From an uncultured bacterium (lineage in GTDB: Bacteria; Desulfobacterota_D; UBA1144; Nemesobacterales; UBA2774), in NCBI GenBank assembly GCA_965365595.1, contig CBDUCG010000002.1, positions 1 through 37,731 on the forward strand: DNA of 37,731 bases, read 5' to 3'. Shown here piece after piece: positions 25,053 to 35,327 of the stretch. Position 1 is the first letter of the stretch. Each line of letters opens with the position of its first letter. The notes under the pieces are model-generated. The model made no database searches. It was not told the DNA's origin and saw only the letters and a list, made by a program, of their open reading frames with translations. The position numbers were made by a program, and so were the translations under genes.

Positions 25053-25607
25053 TTATCTGACAAGTCTAGATATCTGCTTGAACTCTTCAGTGCCGGCAAT
25101 TTCAAGAAGCTGGAACAGAAAAGTTTCGGTAGTTCCAACGATAGCACCTGCTTTTTCAATCAAGTTGATACCCTTTTCCCAGTCTAACTCACGGCGCGAA
25201 ATCACTGCATCAGCAGGCACATAGACCGTGTACCCCTTGTTTATCATATCTAATGCTGTCTGAAGCACGCATACATGTGTTTCAACCCCGCATAACAGAA
25301 CCGATTTTCTGTCTATATTATCAATCTCGGACTGGAATTCCGGTGATCTCGCACAACTGAACACAACTTTTTCTACTGGAGAGAATCCTTCACCGATAGA
25401 TTGTTTTATCTCTTCTATCGTAGGTCCAAGCCCTTTTGGATACTGCTCTGTAACTGTTACGGGAATATTTAGTACTTTTGCGGCTTCGAGCAATATTTTC
25501 ATATTTTTTAGATTTGTTTCCGTAATATCTTCGGGCATTGCACCCATCAAACGCTCCTGAACATCTACAACCACAAATGAGGTATCGTCTCTCTTAATAA
25601 AGTCCAT
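25053..25607 (-). CDS. Isochorismatase-family cysteine hydrolase
   Basis: FVVVDVQERL and LLCGVETHVCVLQTALD (catalytic Cys) are present. I chose ATG 25607 (AGGAGA 6 nt upstream) rather than the tracked 25685. Confidence 0.88.
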   Translation of the reverse strand: MDFIKRDDTSFVVVDVQERLMGAMPEDITETNLKNMKILLEAAKVLNIPVTVTEQYPKGLGPTIEEIKQSIGEGFSPVEKVVFSCARSPEFQSEIDNIDRKSVLLCGVETHVCVLQTALDMINKGYTVYVPADAVISRRELDWEKGINLIEKAGAIVGTTETFLFQLLEIAGTEEFKQISRLVR

Positions 25608-25736
25608 AGTTAGTCTCCTGTTTTGAATATATACCAATTTTGTAGCATATACTGGGATTAAATTCCAGTTTTTGGAGATTAACAAACTTAGACAGGAACA
25701 GGTATTTCTGGGTTGGTTAGGCTTTGGGAAGATATT

Positions 25737-25759
25737 GGGGCAGCCGGATTCACTGCCCC
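25737..25759. terminator. GC-rich hairpin between pckA and the isochorismatase gene; orientation ambiguous
   Basis: GGGGCAG-ccggattca-CTGCCCC. It begins 14 nt beyond the pckA stop on the minus strand, but the T-rich tract (gggcattttgttttt) follows it on the plus strand. Confidence 0.4.
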
Positions 25760-25772
25760 GGGCATTTTGTTT

Positions 25773-27326
25773 TTATGCTTTATGTTTAGCGAACTCTTCT
25801 TCAAACTTTGAAGCTAATTCCTTGGCTTTGCTGTCATACTCTTGGGGATCGCTCCAACTCTTCTTAGGCTCAAGGAGTTTCTTATCTACGCCAGGGCATG
25901 ATGTCGGAACTTGCAGGTTAAATATATCGACAGTAGTAAAAGAACCTTTATCTAAAGTCCCGTCAACAGCTGCTCTAACCAGTGCTCTTGTCTGAGGAAG
26001 CGGCATTCTGTCTCCGACGCCGTAAGGACCGCCCGTAATACCTGTGTTCAGAAGCCATACAGTTGCTCCGCTTTTCTCAAGCTTTTTCTTTAACATCCCT
26101 GCGTAAAATAAAGGAGGTCTCGGAAGGAAAGGCGCTCCGAAACATGAGCTGAATGTAGCCTGAGGCTCACTCACGCCTTTTTCCGTTCCCGCAACTTTTG
26201 CCGTATAGCCTAGAGTAAAGTAGAACATTGCCTGCTCATTAGTAAGTTTTGAGATTGGAGGTAGAACACCAAAAGCATCGTATGTGAGCATGAAAATTGT
26301 TTTCGGGATCCCACCAACACCCTCTGGAACAATGTTTGAAAGAGAATCTATCTGATATGCTACGCGAGTATTTTCGGTATGCTCGATGCTGTCAAAATCT
26401 ATTTTTTTTGTCTCACTATCAATTTTTACATTTTCCAGCACGGAACCAAATTTAAGTGAAGCATTGTAAATCTCAGGTTCCGTTTTAGCGCTTAATTTAA
26501 TTGCTTTCGCATAACATCCACCTTCAAAATTAAACACGCCGTTATCAAACCAGCCGTGCTCGTCATCACCTATTAAAGCACGCTCAGGGTCTGCGGACAA
26601 TGTGGTTTTCCCAGTGCCAGACAGCCCGAAAAAGAGAGCTACGTCACCGTCTTTTCCAACATTTGCCGAACAGTGCATAGGAAAAACACCTCTTCTTGGT
26701 AGAAGGAAATTTAAGGCAGAGAATACCGATTTTTTCATTTCTCCCGCATATTCAGTACCGCCGATTATAGCCATGTTTTTCTCAAAATTCAGTATGATGA
26801 AAGTCTTCGACCTCGTTCCGTCAGTCTGAGGATCGGCTTCAACTCCCGGTGCACATAGAACTGTAAACCCGACGGACTCGTGCGGCAGATCTTCGGGGGA
26901 AGGTCTCAGGAATAGATTATTTACAAACACATTGTGCCAAGCATATTCGTTAACAATGCGTACATTTTTACGGTAGTCAGGATGTGCACCTACATATAAA
27001 TCTCTAACAAAAAGATCTTTACCTTCATAATAATCAAGTATTTTCTTATGGAGCTTATCAAAGTGTTCGGGAGATATACCCTTATTTACAGGACCCCATA
27101 AAATATCATTTTCGGTTCCTGGTTCCTGAACAATAAACCTGTCTGCCGGAGAACGACCAGTATGTGTACCTGTATAGGCAACCAGAGTTCCGCCTTCGGC
27201 GATCAACCCTTCTTCTCTTTTGATTACTTCTTCGTATAATGTAGGAATCGGAAGATTGTAGTATATGTTAGTAGGATTTTTAATACCATGCTGATCTTCT
27301 AATTCTTTTGCTGTTAATTTATGCAC
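25773..27326 (-). CDS. pckA: Phosphoenolpyruvate carboxykinase (ATP)
   Basis: GLSGTGKTTLS (kinase-1a), IGDDEHGW and NTGITGG are present. The start is GTG with GGAGG 10 nt upstream. Confidence 0.93.
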   Translation of the reverse strand: MHKLTAKELEDQHGIKNPTNIYYNLPIPTLYEEVIKREEGLIAEGGTLVAYTGTHTGRSPADRFIVQEPGTENDILWGPVNKGISPEHFDKLHKKILDYYEGKDLFVRDLYVGAHPDYRKNVRIVNEYAWHNVFVNNLFLRPSPEDLPHESVGFTVLCAPGVEADPQTDGTRSKTFIILNFEKNMAIIGGTEYAGEMKKSVFSALNFLLPRRGVFPMHCSANVGKDGDVALFFGLSGTGKTTLSADPERALIGDDEHGWFDNGVFNFEGGCYAKAIKLSAKTEPEIYNASLKFGSVLENVKIDSETKKIDFDSIEHTENTRVAYQIDSLSNIVPEGVGGIPKTIFMLTYDAFGVLPPISKLTNEQAMFYFTLGYTAKVAGTEKGVSEPQATFSSCFGAPFLPRPPLFYAGMLKKKLEKSGATVWLLNTGITGGPYGVGDRMPLPQTRALVRAAVDGTLDKGSFTTVDIFNLQVPTSCPGVDKKLLEPKKSWSDPQEYDSKAKELASKFEEEFAKHKA

Positions 27327-27461
27327 TTGGCTAATTCCTCCGTCTGTTAGTCTCTATACTCTGAGTTATTAAAACGTGCCTTGAAAGGGAGTAAATACTA
27401 TACAAGGATCAGCATTTTGGCAAGAAATTGGAGATTCAAATTTTTACTACTGATGATCAAT

Positions 27462-27476
27462 ACTTAATTATTAAGT
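27462..27476. promoter_or_regulatory. Perfect 7-1-7 palindrome ACTTAAT-T-ATTAAGT in the pckA / carD intergenic region
   Basis: Its architecture (xxxTAAT-N-ATTAxxx) is that of Fur-family 7-1-7 boxes. In AT-rich DNA it could arise by chance. Confidence 0.2.
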
Positions 27477-27643
27477 TTTTTGACCAATTAGTCGATATAG
27501 TAGCACTATTCAGAACGAGATGACTTTACATTAGCACATTCGGGCAATTATAGTATATATATTATATATTATTATGAACTTTATGCTGTGTAAATTCCTA
27601 ATAATTCTAGGCTCTTTTATATAAATGCTCTACACAGAATCAT

Positions 27644-27672
27644 TTGACCTGAGCCTCAATTTGTGCTATCTT
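27644..27672 (+). promoter_or_regulatory. Candidate sigma70-type promoter for carD
   Basis: TTGACC (27644..27649), 17 nt spacer, TATCTT (27667..27672), about 45 nt upstream of the start. Confidence 0.4.
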
Positions 27673-27717
27673 GTTTAGGTCTGGAATCAATAACTTGGGA
27701 TGGGAGATCACAATAAT

Positions 27718-28221
27718 ATGATGTTCAAAGTAGGCAAGAAAGCGGTATATCCCGCTCACGGGGTTGTTCAGGTTAAGGCAGTAGAATCTAAAGAAATATG
27801 CGGTACAAAAAAAGATTATTACATCCTTCAGGTTATTGACAGCGATGTCACAGTCATGGTTCCAACAGATAACGCCGAGACTGTTGGTCTTAGGCCTGTA
27901 ATTTCCAAATCTCAAATAACAAGAATTTACAAAATCCTGAGAAATAAAGACAAAGACTCTGAACAGCTAAACGGTCATCAAAGTTGGAACAAACGCTACC
28001 GCGAATATTCGGATAAGTTAAAGAGCGGTGATATATTCGAAGTAGCAAATGTTCTCAAAGATATAAATTTGCTGCAAAATGATAAAGATCTTTCATTCGG
28101 AGAGAAGCGTATTATGGATTCTGCATTGTCTCTTTTAGTGAAAGAGATATCAATTGCAAAGAACCTAAAAGAAGAATCAATTACCAGAGAGATAGATAAA
28201 ATTTTGACCACAAGCGATTGA
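27718..28221 (+). CDS. carD: CarD/CdnL-family RNA-polymerase-binding transcription factor
   Basis: MFKVGKKAVYPAHGVVQVKAVESKEI.GTKKDYYILQV is the typical CarD_TRCF N-terminal domain. The start at 27718 or 27721 is preferred to 27700. Confidence 0.88.
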   Translation: MMFKVGKKAVYPAHGVVQVKAVESKEICGTKKDYYILQVIDSDVTVMVPTDNAETVGLRPVISKSQITRIYKILRNKDKDSEQLNGHQSWNKRYREYSDKLKSGDIFEVANVLKDINLLQNDKDLSFGEKRIMDSALSLLVKEISIAKNLKEESITREIDKILTTSD

Positions 28222-28248
28222 TTTTTCCTTCTCATCAAACCTTCTAAT

Positions 28249-29121
28249 ATGTCAAAAGAAATTTTAGACATAGAAACCGCGATCAGACTCAAAAATTTCA
28301 ATTTCCGCATCTCAACAAAAGTACGGGCTTACAAATCTGGCATACATAAAAGCTCCTATCACGGTATGAGTCCCGATTTTATGGATCATAAAGAATACAA
28401 CAGAGGGGACGAGCTCAAACAGATTGACTGGCGACTGTATGGAAGACACGACCGGCTATATGTAAAGAAATTTCAAGATGAGGTAAACCTGAGCTGGTGC
28501 ATATTGGTCGACAATAGCGCATCCATGGGATATGGGGACGGATCATCCAACAAACTTCAATACGCCAAGACATTAAGCGCGACGCTCGCTTATTTGCTTT
28601 TAAAACAGGGAGACGCAGTGGGCTTATTGATATTTTCAGATGACGATATGGATTTCGTGCCTCCCAAATCAGGAAGCCGCAACATTGCGCCTATATTAAA
28701 CAAATTGGAGAACATTGAACCTGCCGGCAAAACAGGGCTTAAAGAACCGGTTTTGAAAACTCTTGAAGCATATAGGTCTGACGCCTCCTTCATACTAGTC
28801 TCAGATTTTCTGGTTGATATCGAGACCATAGTACAAACGGTTAAGTTAATCAAAAATTCCAAAAAGGAATTATCTCTCTTTCATATACTTCACCCCGACG
28901 AAACGGAATTTAACTTCACAGGATCAATAGAATTTGAGGATCTGGAAACAAACTCCAAGGTCATAACAGATACTGACTCATTACGACAAAGTTACAGGCA
29001 GAGAGTTGGTGAATTCATCGAAAATATCAGACGTATATGTCATGAAAATGAATCCAGGTATGTGCTTGCACCAACCAATGAGCCAATAGAAAAACCTATT
29101 ATCCAAATTGCGGACAAATAA
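28249..29121 (+). CDS. DUF58 domain protein (vWA-like, MoxR-associated)
   Basis: YNRGDELKQIDWRLYGRHDRLYVKKFQDE is the DUF58 hallmark. CILVDNSASMGYG carries a DxSxS MIDAS-like motif. Confidence 0.88.
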   Translation: MSKEILDIETAIRLKNFNFRISTKVRAYKSGIHKSSYHGMSPDFMDHKEYNRGDELKQIDWRLYGRHDRLYVKKFQDEVNLSWCILVDNSASMGYGDGSSNKLQYAKTLSATLAYLLLKQGDAVGLLIFSDDDMDFVPPKSGSRNIAPILNKLENIEPAGKTGLKEPVLKTLEAYRSDASFILVSDFLVDIETIVQTVKLIKNSKKELSLFHILHPDETEFNFTGSIEFEDLETNSKVITDTDSLRQSYRQRVGEFIENIRRICHENESRYVLAPTNEPIEKPIIQIADK

Positions 29122-29132
29122 AGGAACTAATA

Positions 29133-31082
29133 TTGAATTTAACTTTCCTGAGCCCACTTTTTTTTATAGGATGTGCGGCAATCGCACTTCCAATAATAGC
29201 TCATTTAATAACCCGGAAAAGCGGAGTGCTCAAAAGTTTCCCAACGGTCAAGTTCTTGATATCGTCCCAGGGGGATACAGCTTCAAAATCAAGAATCAGA
29301 GACTTGATATTACTGCTTCTTAGAGCGCTGATACTGGTTTTCATAGTACTGTTATTTACTAAACCTGCGATCTTCTCTTTCTCAGCAAAATTGGACAACA
29401 ATCCGTTATCTCTCGCAATAGTAATAGACAATTCTTTTAGCATGGGATTCCAGAACAACTTTCAAAGCGCAAAAAATCAGGCCCGGGACATTATAGATAC
29501 TGTTACTGACGGGAGTTTTGTGTTAGTAGCGCCGCTGGTAATAGAGTCGGAAGTTGACTACCAAATCTTAGAGGATAAAAATGAGTTAAAGAAAGCGCTG
29601 GAGAGTATTAAACTATCAAACAGTTTCACACAAAATGAGTCCAGGCTGCAGGATATATATTCGGAGTTACAAAGTTCCCCCATTGAAGATAAAAAAATAA
29701 TTCTAATAACTGATCTTCAAAAAAACGGCTGGGCAAACGAGAAATTCAACTTAAGCTGGCTTGAAGTTATAGATATTTCCAAGATTTCAGACCCGTCCAA
29801 TCATACGGTATCCGAGACAAATCTTGACCTTGAGAACAAATCTGTGGTAGTCAGCTCTAAAATCTCTAACTTCTCGAACAACTCAATCACACAACTACTT
29901 ACAACCAGCAGATTGAATGAGCGGGAAGTGAAAGAATTAGTGGATGTTGAACCACAAAACACTGTGAATGTAGAAGTCAAATTTTTTACAGATCCGGAAA
30001 ATTCACCGGGCATAGGACTTGTGCAAACTACTAATGATGACTTAAAAATCGATGATACAAGATACTATGTTTTTGATAGAAACAGTAGCTCAAAAATATT
30101 AATTATAGACGGTGATCCCAGAGAGGATTCAAGACTAAGTGAAACCTATTACCTAAGAAGCGTTCTTGAAACTATATCGGAAAACACTTCAACAAACCTG
30201 ACTATTTTGGACAACAACAGTCTTTTCAAAGAAGAATTATCGGGATACAAGATGATCTTTATGGCAAACGTCGGCGAGCTGACTCCACGAGTTGCCAATG
30301 AAATTGAAGCTTTCGTTAACAATGGAGGAAGCGTAGTAATTTTTTTAGGGAATCTGATTAGAGCCGGCAGCTATAACAGTCTGCTAAAAAATATACTACC
30401 CGGAGAGCTTCAGGTCTTAAGTGAGGGGAATTTTACGATATCAGATTCAAACTCAGAAATTTTTTCGAAAGACATATTAAGCAAGTCAGCCCAGATTTCT
30501 ATAGAAAAACTTTATAAAACAATACCATCATCGGAATCCGAGACGCTTATTTACGCATCAGACAATTCACCCCTGCTGTTAGGAAAAAATTACGGAAATG
30601 GGCACATTTTTATGTTCACCACATCAGCTGATACCGCGTGGAACAACTTTTCCATTACTCCAGTATTCCTACCCATAATCAAGAACCTTATGGACATACC
30701 TGGTATCGAGAAGAATAAAAACAGACATTTTATTATCGGAGAGCCTGTAAACATTGAAGTTTCTGACGGACGTACGGACACCGTTGTAAGAGATCCCACA
30801 GGAAATGAGTATCAGTTAGATTCTGGCGCAATTGAGTTTCTTCAAACTTATATTCCGGGGATATATACAGTAACAACCGGTGGACAGTTCGCCTACAATT
30901 TTGCCGTTAACATAAATCCCGATGAATCAGATTTGAGAAAAATATCTATCTCGTCCGCAATAAAAAACGAGAGACCCGAAAAAGGCTCGGTAATGGTCTA
31001 CAAAGAGATATGGCGTTATTTTCTATGGGGTGTGATTGCTCTCTTTGTATCGGAAGCCGCATTCAGAGGGATCTTATCCTGA
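29133..31082 (+). CDS. BatA-N (double-TM aerotolerance-type N-terminal domain) / vWA-like / C-terminally TM-anchored protein
   Basis: The start is TTG. FLSPLFFIGCAAIALPIIAHLITRK is the TIGR02226-type N-terminus. A second TM reads LILLLLRALILVFIVLLF, LAIVIDNSFSMG carries DxSxS, and the C-terminal TM reads YFLWGVIALFVSEAAF. Confidence 0.85.
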   Translation: MNLTFLSPLFFIGCAAIALPIIAHLITRKSGVLKSFPTVKFLISSQGDTASKSRIRDLILLLLRALILVFIVLLFTKPAIFSFSAKLDNNPLSLAIVIDNSFSMGFQNNFQSAKNQARDIIDTVTDGSFVLVAPLVIESEVDYQILEDKNELKKALESIKLSNSFTQNESRLQDIYSELQSSPIEDKKIILITDLQKNGWANEKFNLSWLEVIDISKISDPSNHTVSETNLDLENKSVVVSSKISNFSNNSITQLLTTSRLNEREVKELVDVEPQNTVNVEVKFFTDPENSPGIGLVQTTNDDLKIDDTRYYVFDRNSSSKILIIDGDPREDSRLSETYYLRSVLETISENTSTNLTILDNNSLFKEELSGYKMIFMANVGELTPRVANEIEAFVNNGGSVVIFLGNLIRAGSYNSLLKNILPGELQVLSEGNFTISDSNSEIFSKDILSKSAQISIEKLYKTIPSSESETLIYASDNSPLLLGKNYGNGHIFMFTTSADTAWNNFSITPVFLPIIKNLMDIPGIEKNKNRHFIIGEPVNIEVSDGRTDTVVRDPTGNEYQLDSGAIEFLQTYIPGIYTVTTGGQFAYNFAVNINPDESDLRKISISSAIKNERPEKGSVMVYKEIWRYFLWGVIALFVSEAAFRGILS

Positions 31083-31096
31083 CAATATTGCCCTAA

Positions 31097-32506
31097 CTAT
31101 ATAAGACTTACACCGTCCAGGTTGTCTGGAACGGGCTGATTCAGACAGTTTAAAACAGTTGGGAAGATGTCGACTGTTCTTATGAATTCTTTTTCCAATT
31201 TGGCATTTATTACAAAAGGAACAATCATATGATCTCTAAACAAAGCTCCATGTGATGAGCGGTGCTCAGGATTCTCATGTCTTGCTCTTAAATCATAACC
31301 ATGTGCTGCACTTAAAACCAAATCGCCTGTGCGAGGGCTCTCAAGCAACTGTATAATTTGAAGAAGGGCATCAGGATATTCTGTATTGTAACTATGAATC
31401 AATGCCTCATCCAGACTCATTTTCTTTGGCATTCCATTATAATTAAAAGGATCTTCTTTAATCTTTTTATAATTCACAAGGCCTTCAGAATCAAGCCAGG
31501 CAGTTGCTTCACCATTGGTGCTTTTAACTCTGGCATGGCCATTTTCATCCAGCCCAGCGACGACGTCCACTTCAGGCCTTTCAACAAAGCTCTCAACTAG
31601 GTTGCTCAACTCTTCAAATGTGGATTTTCTCCCCCAGCCATCTTCGCTCTTTACATAAATATTGGCCATTGCATTTCCGGATATCAAGCAAGCCGCTTCA
31701 GCATCGGTGAAGTGTTTGAAAACATTGGGGTAATAAAATGTCTTGTAGCCCTGGTGACTCATGAATTCAAGCGAATCAAAATGCGAGTGGGTCTGAGTAA
31801 GGCCATGATCGCTGGAAATAATTAGAAGAGTTTCATCAAGCCTTCCCTCTCTTTCAAGACTTTTTGCAAGAAGCCCCAGCGTATTATCAATACGCCTGTA
31901 TGAATCAATGACTTTTTGATGGAACGGATGATTAATATGAGAATATGTGTCTATGCCCAAAAACACAGTATAAATGTAATCGGGAAACTGTTTTAGAGAT
32001 TGAAGCAGTATGCGCTCCGCAACTAAATCAACTTCATCGGATTTATCCGTAAAGTGGCTTTTAACTTTGTAGTAAAGTTTTGAAAACAGTGTTTTGTCAT
32101 TCTTTAAATTAATTCCTCTAGAAAGCTCATTGAAGATATTTATACTTCTTGGAAAGATTTCAAAAACCGTTTTGAAATCTTTTGAGACATCTGAATTCAT
32201 AAAATAGGTTTCGAGACCTATATAACTCCTGAAACGGTCAAACGACAGCCGCTTGTCTTGATAAGCATTTCTGTCAAACCATCTGATGCCGGGCAAATTG
32301 CAGCGGCCAGGATATTTTCCGAAAATATATGGTGTATAAGCAGGCCCTGTTGTAGAAGGGAAAACAGTAACAGCTTCCCGATAAGTACCGCCTTCAACTA
32401 TATATTTTGAAATGTTAGGTAATTCGCCTTTTTGAAGAAGCTCAGAAAAGACATCTGCTCTTGCACCGTCAGCCATTATAAATATACAGCTCTTAAATTC
32501 AGTCAT
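31097..32506 (-). CDS. Alkaline-phosphatase-superfamily enzyme (type I phosphodiesterase / nucleotide pyrophosphatase-like)
   Basis: IFIMADGARADVF, FPSTTGPAYTPYIFG (nucleophile Thr region) and ISSDHG are present, and HGALF. Confidence 0.8.
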   Translation of the reverse strand: MTEFKSCIFIMADGARADVFSELLQKGELPNISKYIVEGGTYREAVTVFPSTTGPAYTPYIFGKYPGRCNLPGIRWFDRNAYQDKRLSFDRFRSYIGLETYFMNSDVSKDFKTVFEIFPRSINIFNELSRGINLKNDKTLFSKLYYKVKSHFTDKSDEVDLVAERILLQSLKQFPDYIYTVFLGIDTYSHINHPFHQKVIDSYRRIDNTLGLLAKSLEREGRLDETLLIISSDHGLTQTHSHFDSLEFMSHQGYKTFYYPNVFKHFTDAEAACLISGNAMANIYVKSEDGWGRKSTFEELSNLVESFVERPEVDVVAGLDENGHARVKSTNGEATAWLDSEGLVNYKKIKEDPFNYNGMPKKMSLDEALIHSYNTEYPDALLQIIQLLESPRTGDLVLSAAHGYDLRARHENPEHRSSHGALFRDHMIVPFVINAKLEKEFIRTVDIFPTVLNCLNQPVPDNLDGVSLI

Positions 32507-32546
32507 TATTTAGTCCCTTTGATAGTCTTAAACATATGATGCATGT

Positions 32547-35327
32547 CTAGTTAAAATATTTGTCATATATCTCTCTAATTTGGTTAGTTGTCTGAATGTA
32601 TTCTTTTTTTAATTTTTTTGGATCGTTATTATCACTAAAATCTGAAGCCAATTTCTCAAAATCCCTCTCATATAGTTCATTTATGGACCGGTCATGAAGA
32701 AGCCTTAGCAAATTCTCCATCCTTTTTAAGAAATATAGCCCTTCTTTCAACACTTTAAAATCTTTATTGGTAATAAGATTATTTTTATTTAGCGCATTGA
32801 GAGCATATACAGTATTCTGCACCCTAAGTTCTTCATACTTGCCTCCGTTTTTCAATTGAAGCATTTGAACAAGAAACTCGATATCTACCGTCCCACCCTT
32901 TCCAGTCTTTATATTCACTTTGCTTGAGGTTTCTTTTGCCAGCTCTTTCTCCATTCTCGAGCGCAGATAGTTAATTTCTTTTTGAAAGTCTTTTGGATAG
33001 GATTCTTCAAACACAAAACCTTCCACAGCTTCCATGATCATTGTACCCAGTTTTTTGTTGCCGGCCACGGGAGTCGCCCTGATCAGAGCCTGCCGTTCCC
33101 AAATCTGGGCACTTTCCTTGTGATAATCTTTAAATGAATCAAACGAAGTAACGAGGGCCCCGGAACGACCTGAGGGTCTGAGATCCAAATCTATTTTATA
33201 GGCATATCCCTCCCCTGTAGGAACCGAAAGAACCGATATGACTTTTTGACCGAGTTTGGAATAGAACTCATGGTCATCTCCCTCATATATAAAAATCACA
33301 TCCAAATCCGAATTATAACTCATCTCACGACCGCCGAGTTTTCCCATGCCCAAAATACACATCAGCATGTTTTTTTTCTTTGGCTTCTTGTTACTTTTCA
33401 CAAGCTCAAAAGCAAGCTCAAGGCCAACTTCAAGTACAGCCTCGGCAACCATAGACAAATACTTTCCGACATAGAAAGGACTTACTTCACCATTTAAATC
33501 CCTGAGACAGATTTTTAGCGTTTCAACATGCCGGAATTTCCTGATAGCATCGAGCTTGTCCTCATCATCTGTGGCCTCTTCCACGCTCAGCTTAAGACTT
33601 TCAAGCATATCTTCTTTGGAAGCAAATTCTGTTCTAACATCCCGTAGAGTAATAACATCAAGATATTCGGGATGTCTTATTAGGAAATTAGACAAATAAC
33701 CGCTGGTAGAAAACAGCTTGGCCAGGAGTGTGATTATCTCAGGATTTTCAAGGAGTACTGAATATATGGAAGATCTCCACCCAATTCCGGATATAAACCT
33801 TTCAAGATTTACCAAGGCAGAATCTGGGTTATGCGATTTAAGAATCTCTCTAAAAAAAGCGGGAATGACTTTTTTTGCAGTTAGTTTTCCTTCTTGCGTA
33901 AGAGCGCCTAATCTCGGATCAAGCAGTTTAGAGAAAAGGTCGATTGCGCTTCCTGGATTTTTAAAGCCTAATTTCCCAAGATTTTCTATGGCGTCCTGCT
34001 CTTGAACATTTCCGTAAGTTAAAAAGTCGGCTAACTCCCAAAACTCTTTACCATATTCCTCTGTCTGCTGTGAGGGATCGAAAAACAGTTGCTTGTAAAT
34101 AAGGGAGACATGATTGGTATTTTCAAGATAATGCTGTTTGAATTCATCCTTATTTCTAAGACCGCATCTTTTAGCCAGAGCCTCCAAGTCCTCTGAAGAA
34201 CAAGGTATTTTGTGAGTATGTCTCTCGTCAACAAGCTGAATCATGTGTTCTACTTTTCTCAGAAAGAGATATGACGAAGTTAAGGTCTCAAAAACAGCAT
34301 TATCTATAAAGTTAACTTTTCTAAGTTTTTTAAGAGCCTGGACTGTATTTGTTCCCCGAATACTTTCAACCTCGCCGCCGTTAACCAGCTGAAGAGCCTG
34401 TATATAAAACTCTATTTCTCTTATACCGCCCTTTCCCAGCTTTACGTCATCTTTTTTCTGAAGTTTGTCGAGCTTTGTTTTCATATCCTTTAGTTCCTCG
34501 ATTGAATGATAGTCGAGAAACTTTTTGTAAACAAATGGCTCAATTTCGTTGACAAACTCATCCCCGAGTGTGATATCACCTGCTATGGGTCTGGCTTTGA
34601 TCATAGCAGCCCTTTCCCAGGTTTCTCCCCAATAGAAATAGTGCTCTACCGCGCCTTCTATCGGCACAGCTACGGTACTCTTGCTGCCGCCAGGTCTTAG
34701 GGCAAGGTCTACTCTGTAGAGAAAACCGTCTTCTGTAACAGCGCTTAACAGTCTGGTTATTTTCTCGGCAAGCTTAAAGAAGGGGTCGGGGTCACCTTTG
34801 TCACGGTATAGATAGATTAAGTCAATATCCGAGCTTAGGTTAAGTTCCCTTCCACCCAGCTTTCCCATACCTAAAACTACAAACTCTCCGTGTGATTTTG
34901 CATCCAGTTCAGCGCTATAAAACCTGAATACAGATTCCACTATACCGCTTGCGAGGTCCGATAGCTCCTCCATTGTCTCGGAAAAACTGCAACGCCCCAA
35001 AATATCTCTGTAAATTATTCGCGAGAATTCCCTGTACTTATAGATCCTTAATTCAGACCCGAGAGCATCCGCTGTTTCAACTTTGTTTCTTATCGCGTCT
35101 GTTTCTTTAATTATCTGAGCGGCTGTTTTTTTCTTTTTAATATTTTTGGTCTGACTCAAATAATCCAACACATAAGGGTCTCTCAGTATCACACGGGCCA
35201 GAAAACTGCTGTATGATGAAAGTATTTTCAGGATTTCGGCTTTTTTTGACGAAATTCTTTTGTAATTTTCTTTGTAGCGATCCAGTATGGTTTGAGCGTT
35301 TTTTGAATTGGGTAAAACTCTATTCAA
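32547..35327 (-). CDS. glnE: Bifunctional glutamine synthetase adenylyltransferase / adenylyl-removing enzyme
   Basis: 926 aa with two nucleotidyltransferase modules: GMGKLGGRELNLSSDIDLIYLY and GMGKLGGREMSYNSDLDVIFIY. Each is followed by a YRVDLALRP / YKIDLDLRP motif. The TTG start lies inside the end of the upstream small ORF. Confidence 0.92.
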   Translation of the reverse strand: MNRVLPNSKNAQTILDRYKENYKRISSKKAEILKILSSYSSFLARVILRDPYVLDYLSQTKNIKKKKTAAQIIKETDAIRNKVETADALGSELRIYKYREFSRIIYRDILGRCSFSETMEELSDLASGIVESVFRFYSAELDAKSHGEFVVLGMGKLGGRELNLSSDIDLIYLYRDKGDPDPFFKLAEKITRLLSAVTEDGFLYRVDLALRPGGSKSTVAVPIEGAVEHYFYWGETWERAAMIKARPIAGDITLGDEFVNEIEPFVYKKFLDYHSIEELKDMKTKLDKLQKKDDVKLGKGGIREIEFYIQALQLVNGGEVESIRGTNTVQALKKLRKVNFIDNAVFETLTSSYLFLRKVEHMIQLVDERHTHKIPCSSEDLEALAKRCGLRNKDEFKQHYLENTNHVSLIYKQLFFDPSQQTEEYGKEFWELADFLTYGNVQEQDAIENLGKLGFKNPGSAIDLFSKLLDPRLGALTQEGKLTAKKVIPAFFREILKSHNPDSALVNLERFISGIGWRSSIYSVLLENPEIITLLAKLFSTSGYLSNFLIRHPEYLDVITLRDVRTEFASKEDMLESLKLSVEEATDDEDKLDAIRKFRHVETLKICLRDLNGEVSPFYVGKYLSMVAEAVLEVGLELAFELVKSNKKPKKKNMLMCILGMGKLGGREMSYNSDLDVIFIYEGDDHEFYSKLGQKVISVLSVPTGEGYAYKIDLDLRPSGRSGALVTSFDSFKDYHKESAQIWERQALIRATPVAGNKKLGTMIMEAVEGFVFEESYPKDFQKEINYLRSRMEKELAKETSSKVNIKTGKGGTVDIEFLVQMLQLKNGGKYEELRVQNTVYALNALNKNNLITNKDFKVLKEGLYFLKRMENLLRLLHDRSINELYERDFEKLASDFSDNNDPKKLKKEYIQTTNQIREIYDKYFN

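Noticed and set aside
27551-27576. (TA)n-like low-complexity tract tagtatatatattatatattattat
   Set aside because: It is simple AT-rich intergenic sequence. There is no spacer/repeat periodicity and it is not a CRISPR array or an iteron set.
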